Assembly (NCBI GenBank): GCA_032249095.1
Contig: JAVVGN010000016.1
Coordinates: 1 to 31,606, forward strand
Source of the DNA: Candidatus Caldarchaeales archaeon
Lineage (GTDB): Archaea > Thermoproteota > Nitrososphaeria_A > Caldarchaeales > Calditenuaceae
DNA length: 31,606 nucleotides
Direction of reading: 5' to 3'
Shown here one piece after another: positions 22,440 through 31,606 of the stretch (position 1 is its first letter; every line of letters begins with the position of its first letter). The notes beneath the pieces are model-generated. The model was not told the DNA's origin and searched no databases. It saw nothing but the letters and a program-made list of their open reading frames with translations. Position numbers and translations under genes: made by a program.

Positions 22440-23413
22440 GCCCGGTTATTGGGGCCACTATTCCTTATATGCGGGGCTGGTTGGTGTTCTTCTCCGAAAC
22501 GGGTGATGTGGATGGAGTGGGATGGTGGAGAGGTTCCATATAGTTGCGAGGCAATACGAGATAAAGATACAGAACGAGGGCGTGTAGGGATATTGAAGTT
22601 CTATGCGGACGTACATAGAACTAAGAAGAACAAGGAGCGCTCCAGGATCACATATACTTAGGACGAAACGACTTTCAAGCACGTAGATGGCTTCAGCGAG
22701 ATCCCTGCAGGGCCCGGAGACAAGCTATTCATGGATACAATACCACCCCAGCATACGGATGGTGCTATAGAACTACTAAGAAGGGGAGTAGAGGTATACT
22801 ATCTTAGGAGGCTTACATTGTTTAAGAAGGTGCGCGGAGAGCATAAGCTGCCGAAGAGCTCTAGGGGAGACATAAGGGCATTGATGAGTATTAGGAGAGG
22901 TGGTTTAGGAGTGTTACTGAGGACTTCCTAGTCTTGAGGAGGATGATTCTGGCCCATAGGTCTCTATTGAAGACTCATCAACAATTACTCAACAAGTATA
23001 AGGCTTTGTCTGATGCTGAGAAGGAGGTTCTGAAGCCAGCAATCTCCTCGATAGAGAAGCAGATGGTGGAGATGGCGAGGCAGATAGCCGAGGAGGCCGG
23101 TAAAAGATATCTGGCCTACAATGGACTCGTTGAGGTGTTGGGGGTAGGTGGTAGATCTTCGGCCTTGGAGGCTCTTGTGGAGGTCTTTACCTATGCGGAG
23201 TGGTCGTCTTGGCGTAGGGTCAGGAACTATTTCGGCCTATGGGATAGGGATGGGAAGACCCACTACCACAAAACAAAGGCTAGAAACGCGCTCGAGACAC
23301 TGACACTAAGCATCAAGGGATACAGGATAAATGGCAGGGACATAGAAGAAGTCTTGAAGATCATATGTCTAAACTTGAAGACCCGGAAGGCCGGGATTAT
23401 TGCTCAAGCCTGA
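22440..23413 (+). pseudogene. IS110-family (DEDD) transposase pseudogene, copy B (at least 3-4 frameshifts or stops)
   Basis: The intact C-terminal ORF 22934..23413 reads ...GLVEVLGVGGRSSALEALVEVFTYAEWSSWRRVRNYFGLWDRDG...ARNALETL (PF02371-like). ORF 22731..22931 reads KLFMDT...GAIELLRRGVEVYYL...KSSRGDIRALMSI, resembling the EATG / KTDxxDA region. The frame switches near 22890 (ALMSI | ERWFRSVTEDFLVLRRM). Further upstream, the fragments GDVDGV, FHIVARQYEIKIQNEGV and GILKFYADV lie in three different frames. Confidence 0.55.
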
Positions 23414-23456
23414 CGGAGAAAAACCCAGGAGGCTGGAGCGGCTACTATTAATAACC

Positions 23457-23501
23457 CACAACTCGCAGGAGAGTTTTGAGTCTCTTCTCCTGCGAGTTGT
23501 G
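23457..23501. repeat. perfect 16-bp inverted repeat (hairpin, 13-nt loop) in the 3' tail of IS110-like copy B
   Basis: cacaactcgcaggaga (23457-23472) pairs with tctcctgcgagttgtg (23486-23501). The homologous shorter hairpin in copy A lies at 11058-11080. Confidence 0.9.
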
Positions 23502-23613
23502 TGGCAGCTTATATTAACCCTTCCGGCCTTCTGGGTTCTCTAAAGTCGGGTTGAGGCCTAACAACCCCTTCCCTCTTTCCCCTTCATTACTTCAAATTAT
23601 GGTTATAGTTGGA

Positions 23614-23659
23614 GCCGGTCTCTACGCCGCCGAAAAAACCTTTAGCGCCGACCGGCGCA
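23614..23659 (-). terminator. possible reverse gyrase terminator: 7-bp inverted repeat enclosing a T6 tract (on the - strand)
   Basis: gccggtc (23614-23620) pairs with gaccggc (23653-23659). The A6 run at 23633-23638 is T6 on the coding strand of rgy, about 100 nt past its stop. Confidence 0.3.
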
Positions 23660-23739
23660 AGACCGTTCTAAGGGAATAGGTCTCCGCGAGTATTTCAAGA
23701 AACCGCGTTAGGTCCAAGACAGAAAATATAACCCCTATC

Positions 23740-26700
23740 CTAGGCCGCTCCGGTTGCGATCGGCAGAATCTCCCTATGAAGGTCTCGCAGGACATCAAGA
23801 TAGCTTACCCTGCCCGACTCAACCTCGTCCATCAGAGCCTCTAGCCTCCTTGTCAGCTCCTCCGAGACGAGGTGACCATAATTCGACGTCAAGAAATCGT
23901 AGACCCTCTTGCCCAGATTGGTCGCCAATAATCTTCCCCGGTTCTGGAAGATGTAGCCTCTCTTATAGAGGATACCGATTATGTGGGCGTACGTGCTTGG
24001 TCTGCCGATGCTCCTCTCCTTCATCAAGCTAATCAGGTCTCCCTCCCTGAATAGCGGAGCAGCCGGAACCTTCCTCAGCGAGAGATCGACAACCTTCTGG
24101 ACACCTATCGGGAGCTGCTTCTCGATCCTGACCGAGGGATAAACCAGCGTGAAGCCTGGGCTCGCGATACCCGTAAGTCTCTCAAGCCTCAGAACCTCGC
24201 CCCCAACCCTGATCCTATATATGCTCTTCTGGACCCTGGCGCTGGTCATCTGGCTCGCGATGAAGCGCCTGAATACTAGGTCGTACAGGCCGAGTTCCTC
24301 GCTCTCGAGCCTCGCCGGTATCCTGAGCATCCCCGACTGGATGTAAAACTCTAGCTGCCGCCTGTTCAGCGGCTTCGTCGGCCTAATACACTCATGAGCT
24401 CCAGGGGCGCCGTAATGTCTGGGAGAAAAGAAGCCGCTATGGTTCTCCTCGATATATGTCCGCGCGACACTGATCCCTGTCGTAGAGACGTAGGTAGAGC
24501 CTGTGCGGTGATATGTTATTAGTCCTGACTCGAAGAGGGTTTGGGCTACACGCATCGTCTCAGAGGCTCCCATCTTGAGAATTATTGAGGCGTCGCGGAG
24601 AAGGGAGTCAGTTGTGTAGGGGGGTGGTGGTAGGACCTCTTCCTCAGAAACTCCCTCAACCGAGACCTCGATGTATAACGCATTCTCCTTGAAGAGTGCG
24701 GCCATTTCTTGGACCCTCGGCGGTTCAACTAGCTCCAGCTCCGTGCCGTCCTCAAGCCTCAGCAAAGCCATGATCCTCCTCTTTTTCGCCTCTTCCATTC
24801 TTTGAATGATCCAGCCTAGGACTGGGGTCTGGACCCGCCCAGCCGAGAGGGTCTTCCTACCGAAGTGCTCCCATAGTCTGCGGCTAAGCTCGAATCCCAC
24901 CCAGCGGTCCTCTATCCGCCTCACGACCTGCGCCTCGACAAGCGGGAGGGAGATATCCCTCGGCGACCTCAACGCCTCCCTAAGGGCGCGTCTAGTTATC
25001 TCGTGAAGCTCGAGACGCTTGATATTCCTGTTGAAGGGGTTGACGCTCACGTATAGGTCGTATCCTATTTTCTCCCCCTCCGAGTCGGGGTCCGTAGCGA
25101 TCAGCACCTCGTCAAACTCCAGCGCAAGGCTTCTAAGAGCCTCTATGATCCCCTTCTTACTATACAAATTTGTTGAGCCGCAGTTGGGGCATGCATCACC
25201 GCTCGTCAACTGGGCACCACATCTAGCGCACTTCCTGATCGTCGTATAGACCGGCACATAATCCACCCCCTCCAGAAGGACTCCGTGAAAACCACTCTCC
25301 GTGGAGAGATCCACAACATGCCCCTGAGACGCGGCAAAGCACGCAACGTAGCCCTCACCCATCGATTCGAAGACTGTGAGTCCATCGATCTCGCGCCTAG
25401 AAGGGGAGCCGAAGAAGTATGAGAGTGTGCGGGCCTTGGTCGGAGACTCGACTATGACTAGGGCCGAGCGTAAGAGGTCGACGTCGCCGACTGGTATGCG
25501 GCCCTCCATAATCTGGCGGATCCTCTGTCTATCCTCGTCGCACTTCCTGAACTCCTCTGCCGCAATGGACTCGGAGTATTCTCTGAACTCCTCCTCGTAG
25601 AGGGATTCGAGTCCACGCATAAGGCCCCTGAAGGCCTTCTCGTCGTCAACTAAGACTATGGATACGCCTCGCGTTATGCCGGCAGCGTACAGCCTCGATG
25701 CCCTGCCCGAGGCCTGTACATAGCCATCTATGTCTGGGAGGATTATTGAAAACCCCTGATCGCTAACCCTTAGCCTAAGGTCGTGCATCTCCGCTATCCT
25801 CCTGATCTCCCCCTCTTGGATGGCGCTGCGCAGAAGCTCTCGAGCCCTCTTCACTGCTCTGTAGACGTAGCCGGCGAAGCCCTCTGGTTCTTTACCGCTC
25901 TCCAAGGCTTTTCTGACCTCCTCAAGGACGTCAGCCCGCGTCGGTATGCATTTGAAGAGCATTCCCGAGACTGCTAAGACCTCGCTCCTATACCCCTCCT
26001 CAAGAATCGGCATAAGATACCTTATCACGCTCTGCAGGGCCGAGGGCCTATACTCGTTCCATGAGACAAGTAGCTCGCGTCTCGGAACACCCGCAAATAT
26101 CACATACCTGATTCTCTCCGGTAGATCAATTCCCCGCGCTAAGGGGCTTCTCGTGCTCGCAACGCCTATTAGGACCTCGTAGTCCCTCCTGACGAATCTC
26201 TCAAGCATCTTGGGGTTCATCCTCTCGTAGGCATAGGAGGGGATCCCGCTCTGGTTAAGGTGTCTGGCCAGGGTCTTCGCCAGCTGCAGGCCCCCTGACT
26301 GAGGGACGAATACGAGGCATCCCCCACCGTGTCTCCTGATCAGCTCCTCCACTTGACTTTCGATATCTTTGCTAGGCCTCAGGTAAAGATTTGCTATATT
26401 TCTAACTATGTCGATTTTGCTGCCGGGCTCGAAGTTTAGGGCCTTCCTGAAGAGTTTCACCCTCTTCGTTCTCCTTCCACGAACCGTCGCACCCGCCACT
26501 ATCAAGACGCTCTCAGGCTTCGCGGGGGTCTTAGGGTCTTGGGGGGTGCCCGGGCCCTCCGCGCGTGGGTTATCTTCCTCAGCCAAGAGCCTCTCGATCT
26601 GAGCCTCACTAAAGCCCATCAGGTTGAGAACCTTATCGATGTTTCGGGGAGACTTAAGGAACGAGTCTACATCATCGACGAATATGAATTTGAACCTCTT

Positions 26701-27273
26701 ATCCTTGATTAGGTCGAAGCGCGAGTATAGAAATCTGTCAGTCGTGACAATTATATCGAAATCTCCGGCCTGTATTTTTTTGATCGCTTCCTCCATTTCG
26801 CGTTTCCGCATCGAGGAGTAGTATCCGACTACTCGCGGCTTGTGTGGAGATAGGAGCTGGGTGTAGGAGGCGGCGCGGTCAAGAATGTGCTGGACAAGTA
26901 GGCTCGTGGGGACCAAGATGTATGACTTCTGGTTTTGGAGCGCGTTATGTAGGGCCGTGACCAGGCAGAAAGTTGTTTTTCCGGTCCCAGTAGGCGCGAC
27001 TATGGAGAAGCTTCTTCCCAGCAAAACCCTCTTTATCCACGTTCTCTGAAGGGACCAGGGCCTAGAACCGATGAGTCTCTGGAAAAACTCCTCAAACTCT
27101 GAGACCTTCTTGTGGAGCTGAAGGATCTCGGAGTACCTCCCAGGCTTTATCTCGACGACCCGCCCCTTCTCGACCCCGATTAGGCATGAACGGCAGACCC
27201 CATATTTAACTAGCTCCTCGTCTAAAATCGCCGCATCGCAGTTTGGGCATAGGCCGTCGTAGATTGACTTCAA
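23740..27273 (-). CDS. rgy: reverse gyrase
   Basis: 1177 aa. N-terminal Zn finger CPNC...CRSC. The helicase-like domain has 'APTGTGKTT' and 'FVDDVD'. The C-terminal topoisomerase IA module has Toprim 'IVESPTKA', an inserted CARCG...CPNCG finger and active-site 'ITYHRTGSTY'. TTG start. Confidence 0.95.
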   Translation of the reverse strand: MKSIYDGLCPNCDAAILDEELVKYGVCRSCLIGVEKGRVVEIKPGRYSEILQLHKKVSEFEEFFQRLIGSRPWSLQRTWIKRVLLGRSFSIVAPTGTGKTTFCLVTALHNALQNQKSYILVPTSLLVQHILDRAASYTQLLSPHKPRVVGYYSSMRKREMEEAIKKIQAGDFDIIVTTDRFLYSRFDLIKDKRFKFIFVDDVDSFLKSPRNIDKVLNLMGFSEAQIERLLAEEDNPRAEGPGTPQDPKTPAKPESVLIVAGATVRGRRTKRVKLFRKALNFEPGSKIDIVRNIANLYLRPSKDIESQVEELIRRHGGGCLVFVPQSGGLQLAKTLARHLNQSGIPSYAYERMNPKMLERFVRRDYEVLIGVASTRSPLARGIDLPERIRYVIFAGVPRRELLVSWNEYRPSALQSVIRYLMPILEEGYRSEVLAVSGMLFKCIPTRADVLEEVRKALESGKEPEGFAGYVYRAVKRARELLRSAIQEGEIRRIAEMHDLRLRVSDQGFSIILPDIDGYVQASGRASRLYAAGITRGVSIVLVDDEKAFRGLMRGLESLYEEEFREYSESIAAEEFRKCDEDRQRIRQIMEGRIPVGDVDLLRSALVIVESPTKARTLSYFFGSPSRREIDGLTVFESMGEGYVACFAASQGHVVDLSTESGFHGVLLEGVDYVPVYTTIRKCARCGAQLTSGDACPNCGSTNLYSKKGIIEALRSLALEFDEVLIATDPDSEGEKIGYDLYVSVNPFNRNIKRLELHEITRRALREALRSPRDISLPLVEAQVVRRIEDRWVGFELSRRLWEHFGRKTLSAGRVQTPVLGWIIQRMEEAKKRRIMALLRLEDGTELELVEPPRVQEMAALFKENALYIEVSVEGVSEEEVLPPPPYTTDSLLRDASIILKMGASETMRVAQTLFESGLITYHRTGSTYVSTTGISVARTYIEENHSGFFSPRHYGAPGAHECIRPTKPLNRRQLEFYIQSGMLRIPARLESEELGLYDLVFRRFIASQMTSARVQKSIYRIRVGGEVLRLERLTGIASPGFTLVYPSVRIEKQLPIGVQKVVDLSLRKVPAAPLFREGDLISLMKERSIGRPSTYAHIIGILYKRGYIFQNRGRLLATNLGKRVYDFLTSNYGHLVSEELTRRLEALMDEVESGRVSYLDVLRDLHREILPIATGAA

Positions 27274-27348
27274 CCGCTCTCCACTACCCTATATTTAGCT
27301 AAGCTCATCCTCAAATATCATTCCATCAAGAGCTAATCTGCGGTTCCG

Positions 27349-27888
27349 GTGGACCAAAGAACTAGAGAGCGCGTTAGAGCGGAGGCCCCGAGCGGTGGGA
27401 TAGGAGAGGCTGCGGTCGCAGCGATATTGACATCCAGCGGAGACATCCTTGTGGTCAGGAGAGCGGAGAGGCGGGGAGACCCCTGGAGCGGTAATTGGGC
27501 GCTTCCCGGGGGGTTTTGGAGGGTTGGTGATAGTGACTTGCTCTACACGGCTCGGCGTGAGGTTCTTGAGGAGACGGGAATCGACTTATCCTCCATGAGG
27601 CTCGTGGGCTGGCTCTTTCCCCGCAGCTCGTCTCTAATTCCACGTATAAGGGTCCACCCAATAGTCGTTTACTCTATTGGGAAACGAGAGGCGAGACTCT
27701 CTGATGAGCTCTCCGACTACAGGTGGGTCCCCCTCCAAGGTTTCAGGGAAGAGGAGAGGTCTGTAGAGACATGGGAGGGAAGGCGGAGGGTTCCGGCGTT
27801 GGTCTGGGAAGAAGTTGTCGTCTGGGGCCTCACGCGCGATATCGTCCTCGATATACTGGGAATAGCTTCAGCCGGTCTTCTCGACTAG
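27349..27888 (+). CDS. Nudix hydrolase
   Basis: 'PGGFWRVGDSDLLYTARREVLEETGI' is a Nudix box. The core REVLEETG is intact; the upstream Gx5E part is slightly off-register (Asp in place of Glu, plus one extra residue). GTG start. Confidence 0.8.
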   Translation: MDQRTRERVRAEAPSGGIGEAAVAAILTSSGDILVVRRAERRGDPWSGNWALPGGFWRVGDSDLLYTARREVLEETGIDLSSMRLVGWLFPRSSSLIPRIRVHPIVVYSIGKREARLSDELSDYRWVPLQGFREEERSVETWEGRRRVPALVWEEVVVWGLTRDIVLDILGIASAGLLD

Positions 27889-28557
27889 CATGGCTCTAGA
27901 AATTTTAATATGTCCCCGGTCTCCGAGCCACACCAGTGTATACTCGACGCTGAGGGGCATCCTGTAGATGGGCGCGTCGAGCACTAGGGTCTCATATTCG
28001 CCACCCTCGCCGGCAGGGTTGAACCCCCAGCGCTCGGAAAGCCTGAGCAACTCGTCGACGCTTCCCCTGTCCAGACATCTCCCAACCCATTCGCTACCTA
28101 GCCCAGCGGTGCTGACCGCGGCGATCATTACCCGATACCTCCTTGCGAGCAGCTCTTCTAGTATCCGTCGGGGTTCGGCTCCCCAGTTCGGAGCCAAGTG
28201 AAGTAGGCCGAGTTTGGCTGCCAGGTTGTCTATCCTGCTCTTCTGGTAACGGCTCGCTATGGCTCCGCTGAGTATGCCGTCTGCACCATACTCTTTGGCG
28301 ATCCTTGCCACCTGGTCGGCGAGCTCCTCCACCTCCCTCTCCCTCTCGCCGCTTACTTGCACGTAGGCGTGCTCCAGCCCCATAGACTTGGCAAGGATGT
28401 GCTGGACGCCGAGGCATGCTGTGTGGAACATCCAGGAATCCTCTGTCGATGGCCGCGTGGTTAGTAGGAGGGCTATCTCGTGCCCCGCCTCAAGAGCCTT
28501 CTGGACCGCGAGGGTGGAGTCTTTCCCTCCGGTATATAGGGCTATGAGGCGCGCCAT
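27868..28557 (-). CDS. dph6: diphthine-ammonia ligase (Dph6 / MJ0570-family PP-loop ATPase)
   Basis: MARLIALYTGGKDSTLA is the PP-loop variant. 'GAIASRYQKSRID' and 'AGEGGEYETLVLDAP' are collinear with the MJ0570 family. The ATG overlaps the leuB stop (TGATG). Confidence 0.8.
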   Translation of the reverse strand: MARLIALYTGGKDSTLAVQKALEAGHEIALLLTTRPSTEDSWMFHTACLGVQHILAKSMGLEHAYVQVSGEREREVEELADQVARIAKEYGADGILSGAIASRYQKSRIDNLAAKLGLLHLAPNWGAEPRRILEELLARRYRVMIAAVSTAGLGSEWVGRCLDRGSVDELLRLSERWGFNPAGEGGEYETLVLDAPIYRMPLSVEYTLVWLGDRGHIKISRAMLVEKTG

Positions 28558-29579
28558 CAGGATAGGCCGAGCTTGGCGAGAGCTATCCGCAAGATCTCGT
28601 CTGCGACCATTTGACCGGTCGCTGATCCGCCTAGGTCAGGAGTCAGAACTGATCCCTTGTCAAGGAGCTCCGAGACGGCCGACTCGATGGCCCTACCCGC
28701 CGACAAGAGCTTATCATCGCGCCTCTTCCCCCCAAGCCAGCTCAGCAGGTAGGATGCTGAGAGAATTGTAGCTATAGGGTTGGCAAGAGAGGGAGCGAGG
28801 CCTGGGGCTGACCCATGGACAGGCTCGAAGATCCCGTGGCGGTCCCCTATGTTGGCTGAGCCGGCTATACCGATCGAGCCAGTAACACCGGCGGCCAGGT
28901 CTGACAAAATGTCCCCAAACATGTTGGGTGTGAGTACGACGTCGAACGCGGAGGGATTCACCACCAACTGGTAAGCAGCATTATCGACGTACATCTCATC
29001 CACCTCCACCCCGGAGCCGCTCAGCACTTCTGTCGCTATGTCGCGGAAATATCTGTAAGAGGCGAGGACGTTTCCCTTATGCACGATCGTGACCTTTCTG
29101 CGTCTACCCATAGCCATCTCTAGAGCAACACGCGCAATCCTCTCGGTCCCTCTCCGCGTGATGACTAGCAGAGAGACAGCGTGGTCAAGGCCAATATCCT
29201 CCACGCCCTTATACAGATCCTCAGTGTTCTCCCTCACGATAACGAGGTCCACACCGCTCCAGTATGTCCTAACGCCCGCGTAGGTTTTGAATGGCCTTAT
29301 GTTGGCGTAGAGGTCGAGCCTTTGCCTAAGATACACTATGACATCCTTGGCTGTCTCGCCGACAGGACCCTTTAGGCAGGCGTCCGATGCGGCGATTCTT
29401 TGGATCGAGTCGTTCGGGAGAGGCTCGCCACTCTCGGCAGCCACCTTGTCACCTGCAGGCGCCTCGACTAGCTCGAATGCCACTCCGAGCCCTTCTAATA
29501 CCCTGCTGAGTATCCTGACGGTGTGGGAGACGACGACGGGCCCTATACCATCCCCCTGGATGACTGATATGCGGTACAT
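28557..29579 (-). CDS. leuB: 3-isopropylmalate dehydrogenase (beta-decarboxylating dehydrogenase family; could also act on homoisocitrate)
   Basis: MYRISVIQGDGIGPVVV, 'IVRENTEDLYKG', 'NMFGDILSDLAAGVTGSIGIAGSANIG' and 'FEPVHGSAP'. Close in pattern and length (340 aa) to crenarchaeal LeuB. Confidence 0.85.
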   Translation of the reverse strand: MYRISVIQGDGIGPVVVSHTVRILSRVLEGLGVAFELVEAPAGDKVAAESGEPLPNDSIQRIAASDACLKGPVGETAKDVIVYLRQRLDLYANIRPFKTYAGVRTYWSGVDLVIVRENTEDLYKGVEDIGLDHAVSLLVITRRGTERIARVALEMAMGRRRKVTIVHKGNVLASYRYFRDIATEVLSGSGVEVDEMYVDNAAYQLVVNPSAFDVVLTPNMFGDILSDLAAGVTGSIGIAGSANIGDRHGIFEPVHGSAPGLAPSLANPIATILSASYLLSWLGGKRRDDKLLSAGRAIESAVSELLDKGSVLTPDLGGSATGQMVADEILRIALAKLGLS

Positions 29580-29591
29580 GCCTCGGGATGG

Positions 29592-31286
29592 TCAGAGCCT
29601 CGGCAGAGTCACAGCCCCGATGGATGCGGAGGCCACTAGGGAGGCGTACTTGGCGAGCAGGCCCGACGTGGCCTTCGGAGGCTTCAGGACCAGACTCTTA
29701 ACCCTCCTCTCAATCTCCGCCTCCGGGAGCAGTAGGTCTAGAACACCCTTCTCTGTGTCAATAAGTATCATATCGCCGTCCTTGACGACCGCTAATGGGC
29801 CTCCGACCGCGGCCTCCGGCGAGACGTGCCCAACCATAATCCCCTTGGTAGCTCCGCTGAACCTACCATCAGTAACCATGGCCACCTTCTCCCCCAGCCC
29901 TGCCCCCGCGAGGGCCGCAGTGACCCTAAGCATCTCGGGCATGCCGGGCGCCCCCTTCGGCCCGACATACCTGATCACGAGGACGTCGCCCTCCTTTACG
30001 GCTCCATCGCGGATGGCTCTAAAGGCGTCTTCCTCGTCGTCAAAAACTTTCGCAGGTCCTTTGAATGTGGTGACGCCTGTTGCAGCCACCTTCACGACAG
30101 CCCCCTCGGGGGCGAGAGACCCGCGAAGGATCCTTATCCCGCCCGTTGGCTTAATTGGTCTTGAGGGATCCTTTACGATGTGTTCGTGGGGGACGCTTGG
30201 GAGTGGATACTCGTTAAGGCTCTGGGCCAGAGTTTTCCCCGAGACTGTTAGGACGTCACCGTCTATCAGCCCCGCCTTTAAGAGCTTCTTAAGGATCAGA
30301 GGCGCTCCTCCGACTCTGTCCAGATCCATCATGACGTATTCGCCCGCCGGCCTCATGTTGAGTATGTAGGGGGTTTTGCGGGAGATCTCGTCGAAATCGT
30401 CGAGCGCCAGCCTTACCCCCGCCTCGTGAGCTATCGCCAATAGGTGGAGGACGCCGTTTGTCGAGCCTCCCGAAGCCATGAGAACGGTTATCGCGTTTCT
30501 GAGGGCCTCGTAGGTGAGTATGTCGCGCGGCTTAATACCATTCTCTAGGAGGTTTCCCAGGGCCTTCCCGGTCTCGTAGGCATATATCGCTCGCCTTGAC
30601 GACGTTGCTGTGGGGCTAGAGCTTCCGAGAAGCGCCACCCCTAGAGCCTCACTCAGCAGCGCCATCGTGTTTGCTGTGAAGAGGCCGGCGCAGGCCCCAT
30701 ATGTAGGATGAGCGGCCAGTTCTACTTGGAGCAGCTGCTGCTCCGAGATTTTCCCCGAAATGTACGCCCCTACATACTCGTGGACATCCTCTATCGTTAC
30801 TTTCTTGTCACCAATGAAGCCAGGCTCTGCCGACCCACCATATATGTAGATGGAGGGCCGGTTTATCCTCGCCATAGCCATAATAAGGCCAGGCTGTGTC
30901 TTATCACAGCCACCAATCGCCACAAACCCGTCGTATGCGTGGGCCACTATCTGCGCCTCAACACTGTCGGCGATTAACTCCCTACTGACCAGGCTATACC
31001 TCATACCCGGCGTACCCATCGAGATATTGTCGTTCACCACAATAGTCGGCATCGCTAATGCGGCGCACCCCGCCTCACGCAGACCCTGCTTCGCGTAGCC
31101 CGCCAAGCCGAGCGTGTGGAAGTTGCATGGGCCCGACTCGCTCCACGCGGTAACTACTCCTACGAGAGGCTTCCCTATGTCGCTGGGGTCTAGTCCAACA
31201 GACCACAAGAAAGACCTATGAGGACTGTTAAGTATTCCGGCAAATCTCTCGGTGCTGTACTCAGTCCCCTTTCTAGTGCTCTGCAT
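29592..31286 (-). CDS. ilvD: dihydroxy-acid dehydratase
   Basis: 'GGCDKTQPG', 'ITDGRFSG'-type '[12 protein letters not shown]', and '[16 protein letters not shown]'. ATG at 31286 (the track's TTG at 31289 is one codon upstream). The box 'tatataaaag' at 31311-31320 lies 25-34 nt upstream. Confidence 0.93.
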   Translation of the reverse strand: MQSTRKGTEYSTERFAGILNSPHRSFLWSVGLDPSDIGKPLVGVVTAWSESGPCNFHTLGLAGYAKQGLREAGCAALAMPTIVVNDNISMGTPGMRYSLVSRELIADSVEAQIVAHAYDGFVAIGGCDKTQPGLIMAMARINRPSIYIYGGSAEPGFIGDKKVTIEDVHEYVGAYISGKISEQQLLQVELAAHPTYGACAGLFTANTMALLSEALGVALLGSSSPTATSSRRAIYAYETGKALGNLLENGIKPRDILTYEALRNAITVLMASGGSTNGVLHLLAIAHEAGVRLALDDFDEISRKTPYILNMRPAGEYVMMDLDRVGGAPLILKKLLKAGLIDGDVLTVSGKTLAQSLNEYPLPSVPHEHIVKDPSRPIKPTGGIRILRGSLAPEGAVVKVAATGVTTFKGPAKVFDDEEDAFRAIRDGAVKEGDVLVIRYVGPKGAPGMPEMLRVTAALAGAGLGEKVAMVTDGRFSGATKGIMVGHVSPEAAVGGPLAVVKDGDMILIDTEKGVLDLLLPEAEIERRVKSLVLKPPKATSGLLAKYASLVASASIGAVTLPRL

Positions 31287-31364
31287 CAAGCATTAAGCGG
31301 GCCGACGGGATATATAAAAGACTTCGCATCACGTCCCCGATAGTGTCCAAATAAGCATTTTTGC

Positions 31365-31606
31365 TCACCTCCCCCTCGCAGCCTGATAGTATAGTGTGAA
31401 TAGGTTTAGGAATAGTTTGAGGTTTGTGATTCCCTGTACGTGGTTTCTCGCGCTCATCTTGTGGTGGAATACTAAGGTTCTCTCCTTCAGGTATCTGAAG
31501 AATCTCTCTACTCTATTCCTAATGCCGAACCTCTCATGCCTATACTCCAGCCCAAGCCTCTCAAATGCCCACCTATACCATGGGCCTTTATCAACCAATA
31601 CCAACG
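31365..31606 (-). mobile_element. C-terminal fragment of a DDE transposase, IS6-like (IS240/ISA1214-type); the gene continues beyond the right edge
   Basis: VLVDKGPWYRWAFERLGLEYRHERFGIRNRVERFFRYLKERTLVF... matches the IS6-family third-acidic-residue region (tDxxxxY..A...h....NNxiExxHxxlKxR...F). The frame is open to the window end. Confidence 0.5.

Larger units (their letters stand above)
22368..23598 (+). mobile_element. IS110-family-like insertion sequence relic, copy B (approximate ends)
   Basis: The span of about 1.23 kb fits the IS110 family size. It contains the decayed transposase and a conserved 3' tail. C/T-rich 'ccccttcc..tctttc' motifs occur near both proposed ends. The segment is more AT-rich than its surroundings. 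No terminal inverted repeats were seen, as expected for IS110. Confidence 0.4.

Noticed and set aside
22401-22661. 86-aa ORF as an independent gene
   Set aside because: Its C-terminal part (GILKFYADV...) fits the N-terminal region of the IS110-like transposase in one of several shifted frames, so it is treated as part of the pseudogene.
29338-30369. 343-aa + strand ORF
   Set aside because: It lies entirely antisense to ilvD and leuB, which have unambiguous motifs. Its product is S/P/T/A-rich, the typical shadow ORF of a GC-biased gene.
1-31606. CRISPR arrays, rRNA genes, tRNA introns
   Set aside because: Reading the non-coding stretches on both strands showed no series of regularly spaced direct repeats, no rRNA-like segments, and only one tRNA, which is uninterrupted.

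Overview
This 31.6-kb window looks like a hyperthermophilic crenarchaeal (Thermoproteota) chromosome. Evidence: a full-length reverse gyrase, AGG/CTC-rich GC-biased codon usage, A/T-rich TATA-like boxes about 25-35 nt upstream of many start codons (leaderless-type spacing), and frequent GTG/TTG starts. All calls come from reading the sequence and the ORF track; no searches were run.

Confident housekeeping genes:
- ilvD-leuB-dph6 operon (-)
- Nudix hydrolase
- reverse gyrase
- TtuA/NcsA-type and ThiI tRNA thiolases flanking a two-domain SagB/nitroreductase protein
- Nre-type repair protein
- MacB-like ABC ATPase, a 642-aa surface protein and an FtsX permease
- GT4 glycosyltransferase
- tRNA-Ala(CGC)
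- A-ATPase subunit F
- Four-gene operon Roadblock-Roadblock-MglA-like GTPase-Zn-ribbon M50 protease

The left 5.5 kb is accessory-like:
- A solitary SPPY DNA methyltransferase with permuted motif order.
- Small unknown ORFs.
- A SWIM-Hef/FANCM-like SF2 helicase with wHTH and beta-rich C-terminal parts, co-transcribed with a small wHTH protein.
- Across a duplicated quasi-palindromic promoter module, a Lys/Arg/Ala micro-ORF and a minimal Hjc-type PD-(D/E)xK nuclease.

This helicase-nuclease module is my best candidate for an undescribed system.

Other notable signals:
- Two frameshift-riddled IS110-like relics share a conserved structured 3' tail with one compensatory base-pair change.
- A canonical C/D-box sRNA candidate overlaps the thiI stop codon.
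- An IS6-like transposase fragment lies at the right edge.

No CRISPR array or rRNA was seen.
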